Below, piece after piece: positions 62,948-64,000 of a stretch of 64,000 nucleotides of DNA. The DNA is taken from the NCBI RefSeq assembly GCF_025526975.1, contig NW_026515674.1, positions 744,001 to 808,000 on the forward strand. Reading direction: 5' to 3'. Below the pieces are notes generated by a model. That model saw only the letters and a program-made list of their open reading frames with translations. It had not been told where the DNA came from and searched no databases. The first letter of the stretch is position 1; the number at the start of each line of letters is the position of its first letter. A program made the position numbers and the translations under genes. This DNA is from Fimicolochytrium jonesii. Its lineage: Eukaryota.

Positions 62948-62952
62948 CTTGA
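58287..62952 (+). CDS. MED25: Mediator subunit MED25-like protein (VWA domain, Q-rich regions, ACID/PTOV-like domain)
   Basis: N-terminal LVVVLENS..LYIEPLL, FGLVVY, GG..NALTDGLVGALEMF, RHCLLVASTP; later SWTG, WPQELVIQ, CGIVRF, LYGLIF; long polyQ tracts; canonical introns. Confidence 0.8.
62557..62580 (+). repeat. (CAG)8 coding microsatellite (polyQ) in MED25
   Basis: Pure CAG run among many mixed CAA/CAG tracts between 60140 and 62946. Confidence 0.9.
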
Positions 62953-63304
62953 AGGATTTACCTCAGCTGTGTGAGGGAGATGCGGAAGGGAAGAGGCATT
63001 TTGTGGATAGCTCTATTTATTTTTGTTTTTCGTCATTTCTGGAGTGTTTGTTTTGATACCCTGGCAAAGATGCCAGCACATGATGCGATGTGTGGTTCCT
63101 CCCCTTCCCTACTCAAGTGTGAGCATAGTACTTGTGCTCTGCAGAATAATATACCCCTCCGGCCTCCGTCCTATATTTGGCCCATTTATCTGTGCTTCAT
63201 GCACGCTACTCTGCAATCCTTTGATGGCCACTTAGCAGTGAAGTTGAAGTGCGTATGTAGTACAGTACACGCCCGAGAAAGTGCAGTGTGGCCTCCACCT
63301 GGGG

Positions 63305-64000
63305 TTAGGTGCGGTCTGGGCAAGATTCCACACCCACTGTAGTCCGCCTAAAACAAGGTAGCCTGCACCCTTTGTTGACTCCGGGTGGACGGCGTCTGTC
63401 TGGTGCCCACCTGGCCGTGGAACCACTCGGGATGTTTCCACCTGGCATCCACTCGGTCGGGGGTGGGTCATCCGCCCCTGCCCCCAGCGAGCCCTCCGAC
63501 TCAAACCCGTCATCGCGCTCTTGTCGTTCAGGCTCAATTTCAAGTCGTGCCCTGGCGCTTCCCCCACCACCAGGACCGTCGACAGCAATCTCATCCCACG
63601 CCATCTCATCCAACATCTCCTGGGCGTCTCCGAGATCACTGGCGCGGACTCTCTCGTTAGCGAGCACGTCGATATCGTCCCCTGTTCCGGAAGTTGTGTC
63701 CTCGTGCCTGCTGCGGCAGCCGCCACAGCCGCCTTTGCCGCGTTCTCCACCCCCACACTAAGCTGGTCGAGTCTCGCCATCAATGAAACCCCCTGGAGCG
63801 TTGTATGGAGCGTGGCAGAAGTCGTAGTATTGTCTCCTCTTTGTAGAATGCGCGGACAGGTTTAGGCAGATTTTACACAAAAACTTGTTGAACGATCACC
63901 CGCTTCCTGCCAGAAAATCCCCAAGCATGTCAGACTTCATAGACTGATGATAGATATTCATACAAGTCCACCAGCGGCGCGTGTAGAACTGTGACTTCAT
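63305..64000 (-). CDS. Possible 3' portion of an unidentified gene entering from beyond the window
   Basis: Protein-like open frames (ARLDQLSVGVENAAKAA; EMLDEMAWDEIAVDG) and a GTATGA...CTGAC...CAG intron near 63964-63907. I could not resolve one consistent splice model. Confidence 0.3.

Overview
Eukaryotic, intron-rich, gene-dense fungal DNA with short spliceosomal introns and CTRAY branch points. Gene content (velvet and Het-C together with an HMG-box-bearing SSRP1, a two-domain MED25 and a GBP-like protein) suggests an early-diverging, probably chytrid-like fungus; this is inference. About 18 intact protein genes: SDR oxidoreductase, acyltransferase-3, CLP1, GBP-like protein, Het-C, SSRP1/POB3, proteasome beta1, TMF1/Sgm1 golgin, BCP peroxiredoxin, REX3-like exonuclease, LYR protein, TM-SH3 protein, velvet protein, DOCK GEF, kinesin-8, UPF0052/CofD-like protein, mitochondrial mL41, a TPS2-like protein and MED25. 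Also an initiator tRNA-Met and a decayed secretory-lipase pseudogene. Most notable: an apparent AT-AC intron with U2-like signals in CLP1, a GBP-like probable pseudo-GTPase next to het-C, a fungal MED25 with both VWA and ACID domains, tandem tRNA-derived fragments upstream of tRNAi-Met, and several long introns with fold-back potential. Family assignments come from motif recognition by eye, not database searches, and all splice models are predictions.
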